Source of the DNA: Octopus vulgaris
Lineage: Eukaryota
Assembly: GCA_951406725.2 (NCBI GenBank)
Contig: OX597819.1
Location: 21,266,001 to 21,330,000 of the forward strand
DNA length: 64,000 nucleotides
Reading direction: 5' to 3'
Under the pieces are notes generated by a model. It worked only from the letters and a program-made list of their open reading frames with translations, made no database searches and was not told the DNA's origin. Each line of letters opens with the position of its first letter. Positions within the stretch are counted from its first letter, which is position 1. Made by a program: the position numbers and the translations under genes. This document shows positions 13,742 to 26,686 of this stretch, piece after piece.

Positions 13742-14172
13742 TAGCACACCGGGCGAAAAGCTTAGCGGTATTTCGTCTGCCGTTACTTTCTGAGTTCAAA
13801 TTCCGCCGAGGTTGACTTTGCCTTTCATCCTTTCGGGGTCGGTTAAATAAGTACCAGTTACTCACTGGGGTCGATGTAATCGACTTAATCTCTCTGTCTG
13901 TCCTTGTTCGTCCCCTCTGTGTTTAGCCCCAAGTGGGTAGTAAAGAAATAGGTATTTTGTCTGCCGTTACGTTCTGAGTTCAAATTCCGCCGAGGTCGAC
14001 TTTGCCTTTCATCCTTTTGGGGTCGATTAAATAAGTACCAGTTACGCACTGGGGTCGATATAATCGACTTAATCCGTTTGTCTGTCCTTGCTTGTCCTCT
14101 CTGTGTTTAGCCCCTTGTGGGTAGTAAAGAAATATGTATTTCGTCTGTCGCTACGTTTTGAGTTCAAATTTC
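13742..14172 (+). mobile_element. SINE family B tandem multimer (~184-bp period, about 2.3 units)
   Basis: gtattt(c/t)gtctg(c/t)cg recurs at ~13768, 13952 and 14136. Confidence 0.88.
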
Positions 14173-14503
14173 GCTTCCCCAATTACTTCGAGGTAGATAC
14201 AGACAATCAACATCTGCTTTTGGGTGGTGCATGTTCTTAGAAGTTAGTAGTTTTCTTTTCTTCCTGTCCAGGCGTTGGAGCTCTGTAAGATTTCAGTTAT
14301 GATGTTAAAACTATATTGGACTATTGGAAGTGACCGGGTATTAACGGCTTCGATGCGATTTTTAGAGTTAAGTTCAGTTTTTTTTATGAGTCTTACTCTC
14401 CTGTAAGATACTTTTCATATATTTTCCTTCATGGTAGCACATTGTATATCATCTCCTTCGTTCATCACCGGGTATCTGTAGTTTTCTTGTACATAGTTTT
14501 CTA
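14172..14503 (-). mobile_element. R4/Dong-like retrotransposon, RT thumb region (same element as 13060-13725)
   Basis: Minus translation: YRRVRLIKKTELNSKNRIEAVNT..LPIVQYSF..ELQRLDRKKRKLLT..MHHPKADVDCLYLPR. Confidence 0.85.
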
Positions 14504-14504
14504 G

Positions 14505-14647
14505 AATCGACTTTCCTTTCATCCTTTGGGGGTCGATTAAATAAGTACCAGTTACGCACTGGAGTCGATGTAATCGGCTGTCCCCCTCCCCCACATTTCA
14601 GGCCTTGTGCCTATAATAGAATGGATTATTATTATTATTATTATTAT
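14505..14647 (+). mobile_element. SINE family B 3' fragment with (ATT)n tail
   Basis: tcgactttcctttcatcctttgggggtcgattaaataagtaccag...gattattattatt. Confidence 0.75.
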
Positions 14648-14716
14648 AAGGATGATCTATCATTGCTACTAATGTTCTTTGAAATTTGGTATTCTTGTTT
14701 TCTTCGAAACAGGCTT

Positions 14717-14760
<44 letters not shown>

Positions 14761-15485
14761 GTATGTATGTATGTATGTATGTATGTATGTATGTATGTAT
14801 GTATGAATCGATTAGGTTTTCACTTTAAAAAAATAGACTAAAAAGTGTGACATGTTGGGATTTGATGTATGGTGAAAGTTTTGCTAAAGAAAAGAATGTG
14901 ACAGAGTAAAGAGTTAGCAGATTTGGAGTAAGATTGTGTATAAAGCAAGAATATTTGGGAAGAGAAGTAGTGAGAGCCGAAGCGTGGGCGAAATAGAGAG
15001 AGAGAGAGGGAAAGAGCATGTAGAAGGGGTAAGATATTGAAAAATCTAGGAAAATAATTGGTTTGGAATGTAGAGGTGGGAAATGTAAGAGAATTATGTT
15101 TGAAATGTTACGGAGAATTCATGGGAGGGATAAAAGTGAAGATTTAAGAGAATGGAATCAAAACGTACGCAAGAAAAATGTTGTTTAGTAAAAGAGAAAA
15201 GACGTAGAAGGTTAGGTGGATAGAGGGGGATAAGAGAGTAAAAAGAGGGAGAAAGATGAAAGGGAGGAGGAGGAGGAGAGATGGAAAGAAGAATTGGTTA
15301 AGAGCAAAGTAAATGGAGTTTTTGAAGAAATATCTTTTGGAGAATGATTTTGGAAAGAAAGAAAGTCAAGTTAGTAAGATGGACACACATATTAGTGTAT
15401 ACATACATACAAACACACACTGACACACATCTATTTATATGCATATGTGTGTGTGTGTGTGCATGTTTGTATGAGCGTGTGTGTG

Positions 15486-15520
<35 letters not shown>

Positions 15521-16209
15521 TTGTGTGTGTGTATGCATATATATATCCAAATGATAAGAAGACAAAGCAGATTCTTTAACAAATCTTTAATGATTCGTTA
15601 CAATTGCTTGTCTAGTTGTTGTACTTACAACATCAGTTTACGCAAAATTTCGAAATGCAAACTTACGTAATGTTCGGGGGTTTTAGACATTGGAGAGTCA
15701 CTTCATGAAACTCGCATCAAAGGTATGTTGTCATGTTGTGTATCTTCGATACTACAGGAACGGCTGCGTTGATTAGAACTGTGCGACCCAACAACATGCT
15801 TTCTATCTTATTGTATGCAACATGACCATGTGGCTTCTAATAACGTCGTGTGGGGTCGGAGCAAATACTTGTGAGGAGTCGAAGAAGACTTAAAGATTCC
15901 TGTCGTGTGTGTGTGTGTGCAAGTTGTTGGAGGTAAATTTGAGAATTTTATACATCTATTTTCTTCGGAACCGCTTGATGTATTTGTGTCATATTGTCCA
16001 CGGTGGTGGAAAATGTCAAAATCAATGTTAACTGATATGGAGGACTGGAATGGGAAAGGAGTTGCCTTCCCCTTGATGATTCGCAACTAGCATCAACATC
16101 CTAATTTTATAATTTGCTCAAGGCTGTAAGATATGTCATAAACATATACAACAGAGATTCCTAAGACGTGGCTAACAAGAAAGGGACAGGGGAGGCGTTC
16201 TGATGCGTC

Positions 16210-16600
16210 CTCATGATGGTATCCATCCCCATATCTTTGAACATGGCCTTAGGTTTAATTCTGCTGAGTCCTTGTTTGGAGACGGTTGCTGCTAGGAGCG
16301 TATGTGTGTGTCAGCATGATTCAGTACCTTGCCATACCTCTAAAAAGCGTCAAGTGTTGTTGCTGGAAATTTTCTACAGCTTCAAAAGACTCAATTTCTA
16401 GCCTTCTAATTACTCCTATTGTAATCCCATGGCATATTCTGAGTGGGACGCGAATGGGAAGGACACCAAAGCTGAGTTGGTGGCCTAGGCCAAGTAGGTA
16501 TTCGAAGATTTTCTCAAGGACGCCCCGAGGGACATATGCGCCAGGTTCTGAGGCCGTCTTGAGGCCATAGTGGAAACCGAAAGTGGCTACTATGAGTAAA
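16210..16600 (+). mobile_element. Tc1/mariner-superfamily (DD37D/maT-like) transposase C-terminal remnant
   Basis: CQHDSVPCHTSKK (cf. QQDxAPxH), PNYSYCNPMAY (cf. PxSPDxNPxDY), RF*GRLEAIVETESGYYE*. Confidence 0.75.
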
Positions 16601-18596
16601 TTATTATCTCTTAGCTATAGTCTATTTGTTACTTTTTGATTTTTTTTTCAAATACCTTCACTTTTGGATGCGATATATTCTTTATAGCGTGCCTAAGTTT
16701 ATGATTATACATGCACGTGTAAAAATATACATAAATATATGTTACGTGTATCTATGAGTATACACATGTCCCTATGTAATTATCTGCACAGACACATGCA
16801 AAATGAACACACGCATGCACATTCATTGTTTTTAAAAATACAAATTAAAATTACTTCTCAAAGAATTATTTTGGAACATTTCTTAAAAAAAGTAGCACCA
16901 TTTCATGACTCCGATTGTATGGAGTTTTTGATGTTTTATAAGAATATTAAGACAAGAATCAGAAATGAAATGAAAAGCGTTCGATTCCAGCAGCGGTTTC
17001 GCACGTGACGTTCAAAAAGGTTTTTGAACAAAAGAACATAAGGAAAAGTGTTGTCTTCTAACATCCATTCCATATTTCCAAAACTATTCAGACAGTGGAT
17101 ATTTTAAAAGAAAACCAATCTCGGATTACAGGTGACGATCCGAAACGAGCATCTCTGAGTGGTGGAAATCAGAGCCTTTCGGGTGAAATGTATTAAGGAA
17201 TACTCCACATTTTTATAGACCGCCGTAATTTATGACTATTGGTGAATCAACAGAGATTCACACACACGCACAAACACACAAACTCACACTTATATACACA
17301 CATATATATGCATGTGTGTGTGCCTGCTGACCTGCACATGTATATCTGCATGCATACATACACATAGGTGTATGCATATAGATATTATACTAAAGATGGT
17401 TTAAAACTTTGATACATATAAGTCCACAGAGTTTAGTTATTGGTCGATTCCACCAAGCTCAGTATTGAACTTCTAGAATATTTGATCAATTACGGAACGA
17501 CAAAAGGCAGTTTAAACTAGTGCAGTTGACACTAAGAAGAGAAAGAACCGAAAGAAATGCAACTAAGCATTTTGTCCGACGCACTAATATTTATGCAAGC
17601 GCGCCCACTTTGAAGCTTTTATAATAATGATAACAGTGTACTATTAACTTTGAAATAAAGTACTGAACGACATGAACTATTCTCTTTTGGAAATATCTGT
17701 TTAAGTTTAATAAAGGAAATCAAATCCTTGTGGAGAAGGAAGCAAATGTCGAAGAAAAAGGAGATTAAAACGTATCTATCCATTTTTAATACTTTCTGCC
17801 AGATTCAAACGAAAATCTGCCGAAACGTATTAATAATGAATAGATACGTTATTGTTTCGGCTCTCACTATTTCGCATGCATTCGCATGAATAATAAAAGT
17901 GAGAATCATTTTAGGAAATCACGAATGTATTGCTCGAATCTATTTGCATGTTTAGGGAATACCTAGTTTGTTTTTTTGTTGAAGGTAACAGCCAATCATC
18001 AACATGATTCACTCTGCTTTCCTGTTTAATACGTGACATTTTATTCAAACCTGAAGATACGCAAATAAGATTATAAGTGTAGAAAAACAGTTATGTACAT
18101 ATTGAGCCGGGAATAATTTGAAAACTTTAAAGATAAAAGCATCTGAGGGAAATAACTCAAAGAATTGTAAAAATTAACTAGAATATTTAAGATAAAAGGG
18201 CGATGAAATGAATGGTGTACTTAGTGAATATTTAATTGATTAAATTTAAATTACGTTTCACAAAGAAAAAGTAAAATTAATGCCAATTGTTCACAAATTT
18301 TAAACAAAAGCAGGCAGGATTATTTCGAAAAATCAAGTTTCGTTCAGTTTACACTGGTTGGTATGATACATTCCAATAAAACCTGTAAAACGTTTTTAAT
18401 GTATGGCGTATTTAATATCATTGAATTCGTTAATAGTGCGTTGTTTGTTTTATTGACTGGTGGATGGAAGATCGATAATATCATTGGTATACATCCAGAG
18501 AAAGTTCTTGGCCAAAACCACGTTGGAATGCGACTCAATGAATTGTCAGGATCGTTGTGATTGCCAATACTTGAGAGAGTTACGTATATATATATA

Positions 18597-18683
<87 letters not shown>

Positions 18684-18708
18684 TTATGTATATGTATATA
18701 TATATGTA

Positions 18709-18739
<31 letters not shown>

Positions 18740-18778
18740 TTATATATTTATGTATATGTATATATATATATATCAGTA

Positions 18779-18817
<39 letters not shown>

Positions 18818-18851
18818 GTATATGTATATATATATATATATATCAGTATTA

Positions 18852-18882
<31 letters not shown>

Positions 18883-18994
18883 AAAAATGGTAAATAATTT
18901 TCCTGTGGTTTATCATGTAACCAACAATTATTTACCGGTAAATTTCGGTATGTAAATACGACAAATTAATTGTCAAGACCTTTGTAAGGTTCAG

Positions 18995-19850
18995 TATATA
19001 GTAAAGAAAAAATAAGAAGGTTAACAGCCGGCTGTTTCACCTCATACCGAAGGAATTAGAAATGGCAGTCAAAGACCGTTTTTCCAATTTCTATAAGTGG
19101 AGAATCCAAAAACGAAGGCCCTTACGGCTCACATACACAAAACCGGAGTGGCAAATATACGAATTCAATCACTTACCGTTAATAGCGGACATATGTTTCT
19201 GGATCGCAAACGTGGAAAACAGTTTGAATTCCGTCATCGGCGCTATATTCGATAGTTTTACTAAATGCCACTAGCCCTCACTTCTGACCCAGCGACATCA
19301 GATAGTGGGGGGAAAGTGCAGATGTTAAAACTAAGTGGCGACTGGGAACGTAAATTTTCTCTCCAAAATTCTGCCATGCGCGCTTTCTGGGTAATCGTAA
19401 TGGAATGAGGAATCCACATGGTAATTCAATAAAAATGGTGGATTCCTCATTCCATTACGATTACCCAGAAAGCGCGCATGGCAGAATTTTGGAGAGAAAA
19501 TTTACGTTCCCAGTCGCCACTTAGTTTTAACATCTGCACTTTCCCCCACTATCTGATGTCGCTGGGTCAGAAGTGAGGGCTAGTGGCATTTAGTAAAACT
19601 ATCGAATATAGCGCCGATGACGGAATTCAAACTGTTTTCCACGTTTGCGATCCAGAAACATATGTCCGCTATTAACGGTAAGTGATTGAATTCGTATATT
19701 TGCCACTCCGGTTTTGTGTATGTGAGCCGTAAGGGCCTTCGTTTTTGGATTCTCCACTTATAGAAATTGGAAAAACGGTCTTTGACTGCCATTTCTAATT
19801 CCTTCGGTATGAGGTGAAACAGCCTGCTGTTAACCTTCTTATTTTTTCTT

Positions 19851-19859
<9 letters not shown>
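18995..19859. repeat. Near-perfect long inverted repeat (~420-bp arms, 20-nt spacer)
   Basis: Arms 18995-19417 and 19438-19859 are reverse complements; identical 70-aa ORFs on opposite strands; I found only 1 substitution and 1 indel. Confidence 0.97.
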
Positions 19860-19912
<53 letters not shown>

Positions 19913-19914
19913 AC

Positions 19915-20312
19915 ACTCTTTTTACTCTTTTACTCTTTTACTTGTTTCAGTCATTTTGACTGCGGCCATGCTGGAGCACCGCCTTTAGTCGAGCAAATCG
20001 ACCCAGTGCTTATTCTATCGGCCTCTTTTGCCGAACCGCTAAGTGACGGGGACGTGAACACACCAGCATCGGTTGTCAAGCAATGCTAGGGGGACAAACA
20101 CAGACACACAAACACACCCGCATACACATATATATATATACATATACACGATGGGCTTCTTTCAGTTTCCGTCTACCAAATCCACTCACAAGGCATTGGT
20201 CGGCCCGGGGCTATAGCAGAAGACACTTGCCCAAGATGCCACGCAGTGGGACTGAACCCGGAACCATGTGGTTGGTTAGCAAGCTACTTACCACACAGCC
20301 ACTCCTGCGCCT
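19915..20312 (-). mobile_element. tRNA-derived SINE family A, near full length
   Basis: Reverse complement of head ggcgcaggagtggctgtgtggtaag (A box)...ggttcagtccc (B box); internal microsatellite; (gagtaaaa)n-like tail. Confidence 0.92.
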
Positions 20313-20373
20313 ATATATATATATATTTATATGTATATGTCTGTATAAATATATATATATATATATGTATATG

Positions 20374-20434
<61 letters not shown>

Positions 20435-20470
20435 ATATTAATATATATGTATATGTATATGTATATATAT

Positions 20471-20633
20471 AGGCGCAGGAGTGGCTGTGTGGTAAGTGGC
20501 TTGCTAACCAACCACATGGTTCCGGGTTCAGTCCCACTGCGTGTCATCTTGGGCAAGTGTCTTCTGCTATAGCCCCGGGCCGACCAATGCCTTGTGAGTG
20601 GATTTGGTAGACGGAAACTGAAAGAAGCCTGTC

Positions 20634-20680
<47 letters not shown>

Positions 20681-20898
20681 TGTATGTGTGTATGTGTTTG
20701 TGTGTCTGTGTTTGTCCCCCAACATTGCTTGACAACCGATGCTGGTGTGTTCATGTCCCCGTCACCTAGCGGTTCGGCAAAAGAGACGAATAGAATAAGT
20801 ACTGGGCTTACAAAGAATAAGTCCTAGGGTCGACTTGCTCGACTAAAGGCAGTGCTCCAGCATGGCCGCAGTCAAATGACTGAAACAAAAGAGTAAAA
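20471..20898 (+). mobile_element. tRNA-derived SINE family A, full length
   Basis: aggcgcaggagtggctgtgtggtaag...ggttcagtcccactgcg...ttgggcaagtgtctt...caaatgactgaaacaaaagagtaaaaga. Confidence 0.93.
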
Positions 20899-21440
20899 GA
20901 TATATATATATGTGAGTGTGTGTGTGTGTGTTTGTGTGTATGTATGTATATATTATCAAGAATAATTGCAATGTTTATTAATCTAGTTAGTGGCACTAAA
21001 CCGCATCATTAACAACAGCCAACATAATGAGCCAGGAAAGGGAGCAGTAAATAGTCGTGATATCTACTAAATTTCCTCCTCATCACGCACTACGAAATGA
21101 TATATACATATACCTATCACGCATTGTTCACCGTGTCATTCTTGAACGTAAGGAAATAATGGTTACGGTTAAACATATTGCCTATGGTGTGTAGCATAGT
21201 TCAAACGTAAACAAGTGCAAGCGAAAAAACAGTGAAACAACAAATGTTTTGACCTCAACACTAACAAAAGTCACACAGCAGACATGGGTACTGGAAAGTA
21301 TCAAGTGTATGGATAATGAAAGCATTGGCCTCAAAATTAAAGCTTATACACATACATAGATATACACACATACATAAATAAATACGTACACGAATACATA
21401 CATATATACGTGCATAAATATATATGCGCTTATATGTATA

Positions 21441-21493
<53 letters not shown>

Positions 21494-21532
21494 GTATATG
21501 TATATGTATATAAATATATATATACGTATATG

Positions 21533-21564
<32 letters not shown>

Positions 21565-22489
21565 CGTATATGTATATGTATATAAATATATATATGTACA
21601 TATGCATATATATATATGCATATATATATATGCATATTCATATATATATATAATACTTGTATATGTATATACCTATGTATGTTTACATATCTATTTTTAT
21701 ACGCGCATGAATGCATATATTTAAAAAATGAATATATGCATAGACAGCTATATGTATATGCACACAAACACACACACTCACAGACACACATACACACACA
21801 CACATATATATGTATGTATGTATATATAGCGACATACATATATACATATTACACTGAAATATTCATGCCTATTAATATATGTATATTTGCATACGTCCGT
21901 TCACCCATATATATATCTATATGTATATGTATTTATATAAAAGATATATATATATATGTGTGTGTGTGTATGTAAATATGTAATATTGTATCTACATAAC
22001 AGTTCATATCCCCATAATACACATGATAATATCATTCAATTCCCATTTAGTTTCTAATTGTCATTCCTTTCATATCATTTCAAGTTTTAATGAATTTCCG
22101 TTTATTATATTTTCTGTTGAGGCATTTTCATTATAAAAATAATTTCATAACGTGTATATTAACGTCATTTATATTCTCATAGTTTTACATGAAACACGCA
22201 AATTATAATAACGCCCACACCTATTCCACCATATTTATAATTATATGTGCACATCGTAAGCATGTTTGTACGTGCCTGCATTTCATATGTCTCTGTCTAT
22301 ATGAATTTATGAGTGAGTATGTATGTATATAGACATATATATGTATGTATATATTATGTATATATATGGATGCATGCATGCATGTATGTAGGTATATGTG
22401 TAGATATGGCTGTACATATGTGTGTATTGATGTGCTAAATGTATATTCTTCGAAAATAAAGTTTATAAATGCACATCGGTTATGCCAAA

Positions 22490-22526
<37 letters not shown>

Positions 22527-22689
22527 CCAAATTGAGTCAAAAGATTTTGCGTAAGTTTCATGGTGAGTATTTCCAACTTGTTCCTCCATGTTATATTCAT
22601 TTCATACAACTTAACCAATTGTCGCTAAATTGCCTATTCTTTATTTTACAGCTTGCGTAATGAGTGCGGTGGATTTGAAATTGGAACCA

Positions 22690-23330
22690 TTGCATGCTGC
22701 TACCTTTAGAAAACATTATTGAGTGCAAAAGCAGCGGTAAAAGAAATTAATGATGTAGAAGGCCCCGGAAAAGTCAGTGAACATGTGGCACAAAACTGGT
22801 TTAGATTTTTTAAGGATGGTGACACTAGCCTCGAATGCAAACCAAGATTAAGGAGACTTTCTGGTGTGAAAGATGGGGCCTATCTTCAGATGTTTAAACA
22901 ACAGCCAAGCACAAGAATTTGGATATTATTGGCAGAACATTCTCCTTTACAAAGCCCCATAAACAAACACCTTCATAAACAGACGCTGCCGGGAAGTTTC
23001 TCGAACTGATGTATGACTGGCTCAACGAAATGTGAACTTTTGCAAACAATTAGCGGCAGATCCTCGAGATCTGTTTTGGAGTTGAAATGTAATTGCGGAT
23101 GATAAATGGATCTAGTTTCGTAATTTTAGTGAGATAAATCAGTAGCTCGTTCTGGCATGGCTTCAGGAATTGTTGTGAAGGGCAACTTAAACAGAAGGTC
23201 GTGTTGTGTGATTTATGGAATTTCGTGCGGATGTTGCACTTTGAACTTGTCCCAGATGGTCGTGCTGTGAACGCCAAATCTTGTGATAAAAAATTGCAGA
23301 TGTTTTGAAGCGTCTTTTCTAAACAAAGCA
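22690..23330 (+). mobile_element. Mariner transposase pseudogene
   Basis: KEINDVEGPGKVSEHVAQNWFRFFKDGDTSLECKPR (HTH region), IADDKWI (cf. TGDEKW), KVVLCDLWN..HFELVPDGRAVNA. Confidence 0.88.
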
Positions 23331-23529
23331 AAACGGCATCCGCTTTTCGATATCTATAACAGGTAAAGAAATTTCATGTAAAACTTTCTCAACTGTCCCC
23401 ATGAACGGATGAAAACATTAATAAGCAATTATCCCAAATTCTAACTGCCATCTTTTTCTTTATATATGTATGTGTGTGTGTGTATGTGTGTGCGTATATA
23501 TATATATATACACGTCTATACATTCATTT

Positions 23530-23716
23530 TGCAAGAGACTTGATGTGAAATCATGTGTTGAAACAGATGGGGTCACAGAAATGTGACGAAAGAACTGTGG
23601 CCGAAATACGATTAATGTAAAAAAATAAAATAAAGCTGAAGCAAATTAACATCAAATATATAGTGCTTTGTCTGTTTTATTGGCTATACTGGCAACATTA
23701 CCATCCCTAAATACAA
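23530..23716. repeat. Interspersed repeat shared with 55505-55720, internally inverted relative to it
   Basis: gcaag..gtgttgaaacagat has the same orientation in both copies; the remaining ~150 bp is reverse-complemented. Confidence 0.75.
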
Positions 23717-23719
23717 CTA

Positions 23720-24118
23720 GTGGCTGTATGGTAAGTAGATTGCTTACCAACCACATGGTTCGGGTTCAGTCCCACTGTGTGGCACCTTGGGCAAGTGTCT
23801 TCTACTATAGCCTCGGGCCGACCAATGCCTTGTGAGTGGATTTGTTAGACGGAAACTGAAAGAAGCCTGTCATGTATATGTGTATATATATGTGTGTGTT
23901 TGTGTGTCTGTGTGTCTGTGTTTGTCCTCCCAACATTGCTTCACAACCGATGCTGGTGTGTTCATGTCCCCGTCACTTAGCGGTTCGGCAAAAGAGACCG
24001 ATATAATAAGTACTAGGCTTACAAAGAATAAGTCCTGGGGTCGATTTGCTCGACTAAAGGCGGTGCTCCCGCATAGCCGCAGTCAAATGACTGAAACAAG
24101 TAAAAGAGAAAAGAGAGA
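23720..24118 (+). mobile_element. SINE family A
   Basis: gtggctgtatggtaagtag...ggttcagtcccact...gaaacaagtaaaagag. Confidence 0.92.
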
Positions 24119-24165
<47 letters not shown>

Positions 24166-25265
24166 TGATTGATTTTAGTTTCAGCTCATGAGCTGTGGCC
24201 ATATATATACACACACATATATATATATATCAAACAAAGTTATTTTCTTCTTTACGGGTAGTAATACGGGGAAAATGTAATTTGAATAGTTAAAATATAT
24301 GTTTTTATTATTATGTTTAAAGATGTAAGTAATTTCACAGTTTACACTGATTTTCGAAAAGATGAAATAGAAAGACGATGCTTATGTCGCAGTTGTCCTG
24401 CTTTTGACTTGTGTTTGAAGCTTGCCCTATTTGTATAGGAAGTTCATGGCTCAAATTACTATTTGTTCTGAAAAGGATTTGATTGGTAGAGGATAGCCAC
24501 ATGACTGGTCTTAGATATTTTTGTAGGTTCCCCGCTACATCTGTGTGTTAGTACAAAGTAACATTGTTTGTCGTCGTAAGATAAGGCTAACTCGTTTGAC
24601 TGGACAGGTCCAGGAGCAGTACCCAACAATCAATGCACTGAATGTTCTCTGTCAAGTATTTGTAGAGAATAAATATGTGATTGAGTGTAGAACCTGTTGC
24701 ACGTTTTCCGCTACGTCCATGCGTCAGTGTCACGTGACAATATATTTGGCGCCTAAAATAAAGGCCGACACGGTTGAGTAAATATGTCTAGTTACAGTCA
24801 AGGCTCTCCATATTTAATCTGCCTGGTGGGGGTGTTGACAGGAGTCATTTGTATGTAGACCAGTGGCTAACGTTTAGTTTGCTAGCAGTCTAGCATCCTC
24901 ATATTAAGTGGCAGAATCATTTTTATGTGTGAATAGTTGTTTGTGTATGCACACCGTTAAAGTTTGTTAAGTCTTGGTTTGTACTTTTATATGAAAGTAT
25001 TGTCTTTTATTATCCGTGCTTCGTCTGAGGTATTCACTGAACATAGGTGGTGTGGGAAGACCTGGAATTTGAGGGTCTTATTTTATGCACATAGGCTTGA
25101 TCCATTCAATTCAATCTATTACTGTCGAGTTCTTCAAAGAATTTAGTATACGCTATCAAATGTCGAGGATGTAATGAAGAATAAATTGATTAAAGCTTAC
25201 TCTAAGAAATAGACAGATTATTCACCGACAACAAATACGAGATCCCAGTATATTATATATATTTA

Positions 25266-25316
<51 letters not shown>

Positions 25317-25321
25317 ATATA

Positions 25322-25495
25322 AAGGGATAGAATTCACACAAAAAAAGACGAACACAGGTGGTGTAGTCAACAAACAGATGTATCAGTTTAATAAAATGAA
25401 AAAGTCGAGCCTACGCTCTTCCACAGAAAAGAACCCACAAAGAAACAAGGAGAGAAAATAAAGAATGTGTAGTGACTAGCGATCTATCATGGCGA
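25322..25495 (-). repeat. Short hammerhead-associated repeat family H, degenerate copy
   Basis: tcgagcctacgctcttccacagaaa...aacaaggagagaaaa matches 41045-41100. Confidence 0.7.
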
Positions 25496-25574
<79 letters not shown>

Positions 25575-25587
25575 AATATATATACTG

Positions 25588-25962
25588 CAAGTGAGGCTGT
25601 ATGATAAGAAGATTGCTTTTTGCTTCCCTACCATAAGATTCCGGATTCAGTCCCACTACACCACGCTTTCGACAAGTGTTTTCGGGCAGACCAAAACCAA
25701 AACCTTGTGAATAAATCTCGTACATAGAAACTGGAAGAAGCCTGTCGTATTAGTGTGTGTGTGTGTGTGTCTTTATCCCCCACCAGCACTTGACAACAGG
25801 TGTAGGTGTGTTTACATCCACATAACTTAGTTGTTTGCCAAAAGAGACCGATAGAATAATGACCAGGCTTTAACAAAATAAGAGCGAGCTCGATTCAGTC
25901 TCTTAAATTTCTTCAAGGTTGTGGCCCAGCAGAACCGCTGACTAATGACCGAAACAAGTCAA
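25588..25962 (+). mobile_element. SINE family A, diverged
   Basis: gattcagtcccact...gaagcctgtcgta...aaagagaccgatagaataa. Confidence 0.8.
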
Positions 25963-26573
25963 AACGAACATACGTAACGGAGATTACATAGAAATACGAA
26001 TGGAACTAAAGAAAGTTTCATAGCTTCAGATTTCACAATAAATTTTCAGAAATATCGGCAGATGATCACTTATTTCGAAAACGGAAATTCATAACTTAAT
26101 TTATTGAACAAGATTTGCACATTCCTGTGAAAGAATGAAAACTTGAAATAGAGGAGAAAAAATTAGAAAAGAGAATGATTGGAAGAAAAGAAAGAAATGG
26201 TGAGAGATTTGATGAGAATGAAAGTAACGAAAATAGCCTTAAATTTTCATATTTCAAGGAGAAAAAAAAATGCGAGAATATATTACGCATAGCTTTATAG
26301 AATGAATAAATGTACATATACATACATACATACACACCCATATATATATATATATAACTATGTTTTTATATATATGTTCATATATATATATATATATACA
26401 TGTTTATATATATATATACACACGTTTTTATATATATGTTCATATATATATATACATGTTTATATATATATATATATATACACACACGTTTATATATATA
26501 TGTTCATATATATATACATGTTTCTATATATATGTTCATATATATATATATATACGTTTTTATATTTATGTTC

Positions 26574-26636
<63 letters not shown>

Positions 26637-26648
26637 TTTATGTATATG

Positions 26649-26686
<38 letters not shown>

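Noticed and set aside
13742-14172. Regularly spaced repeats suggesting a CRISPR-like array
   Set aside because: Whole units repeat with no unique spacers; eukaryotic SINE multimer, no cas genes.
17125-17200. GTGACGA-tccgaaa...tttcgggt-GAAA hammerhead-like layout
   Set aside because: First core base wrong, stem II out of register, and no stem I or III.
19062-19792. Two identical 70-aa ORFs on opposite strands
   Set aside because: A by-product of the palindrome; no recognisable domain.
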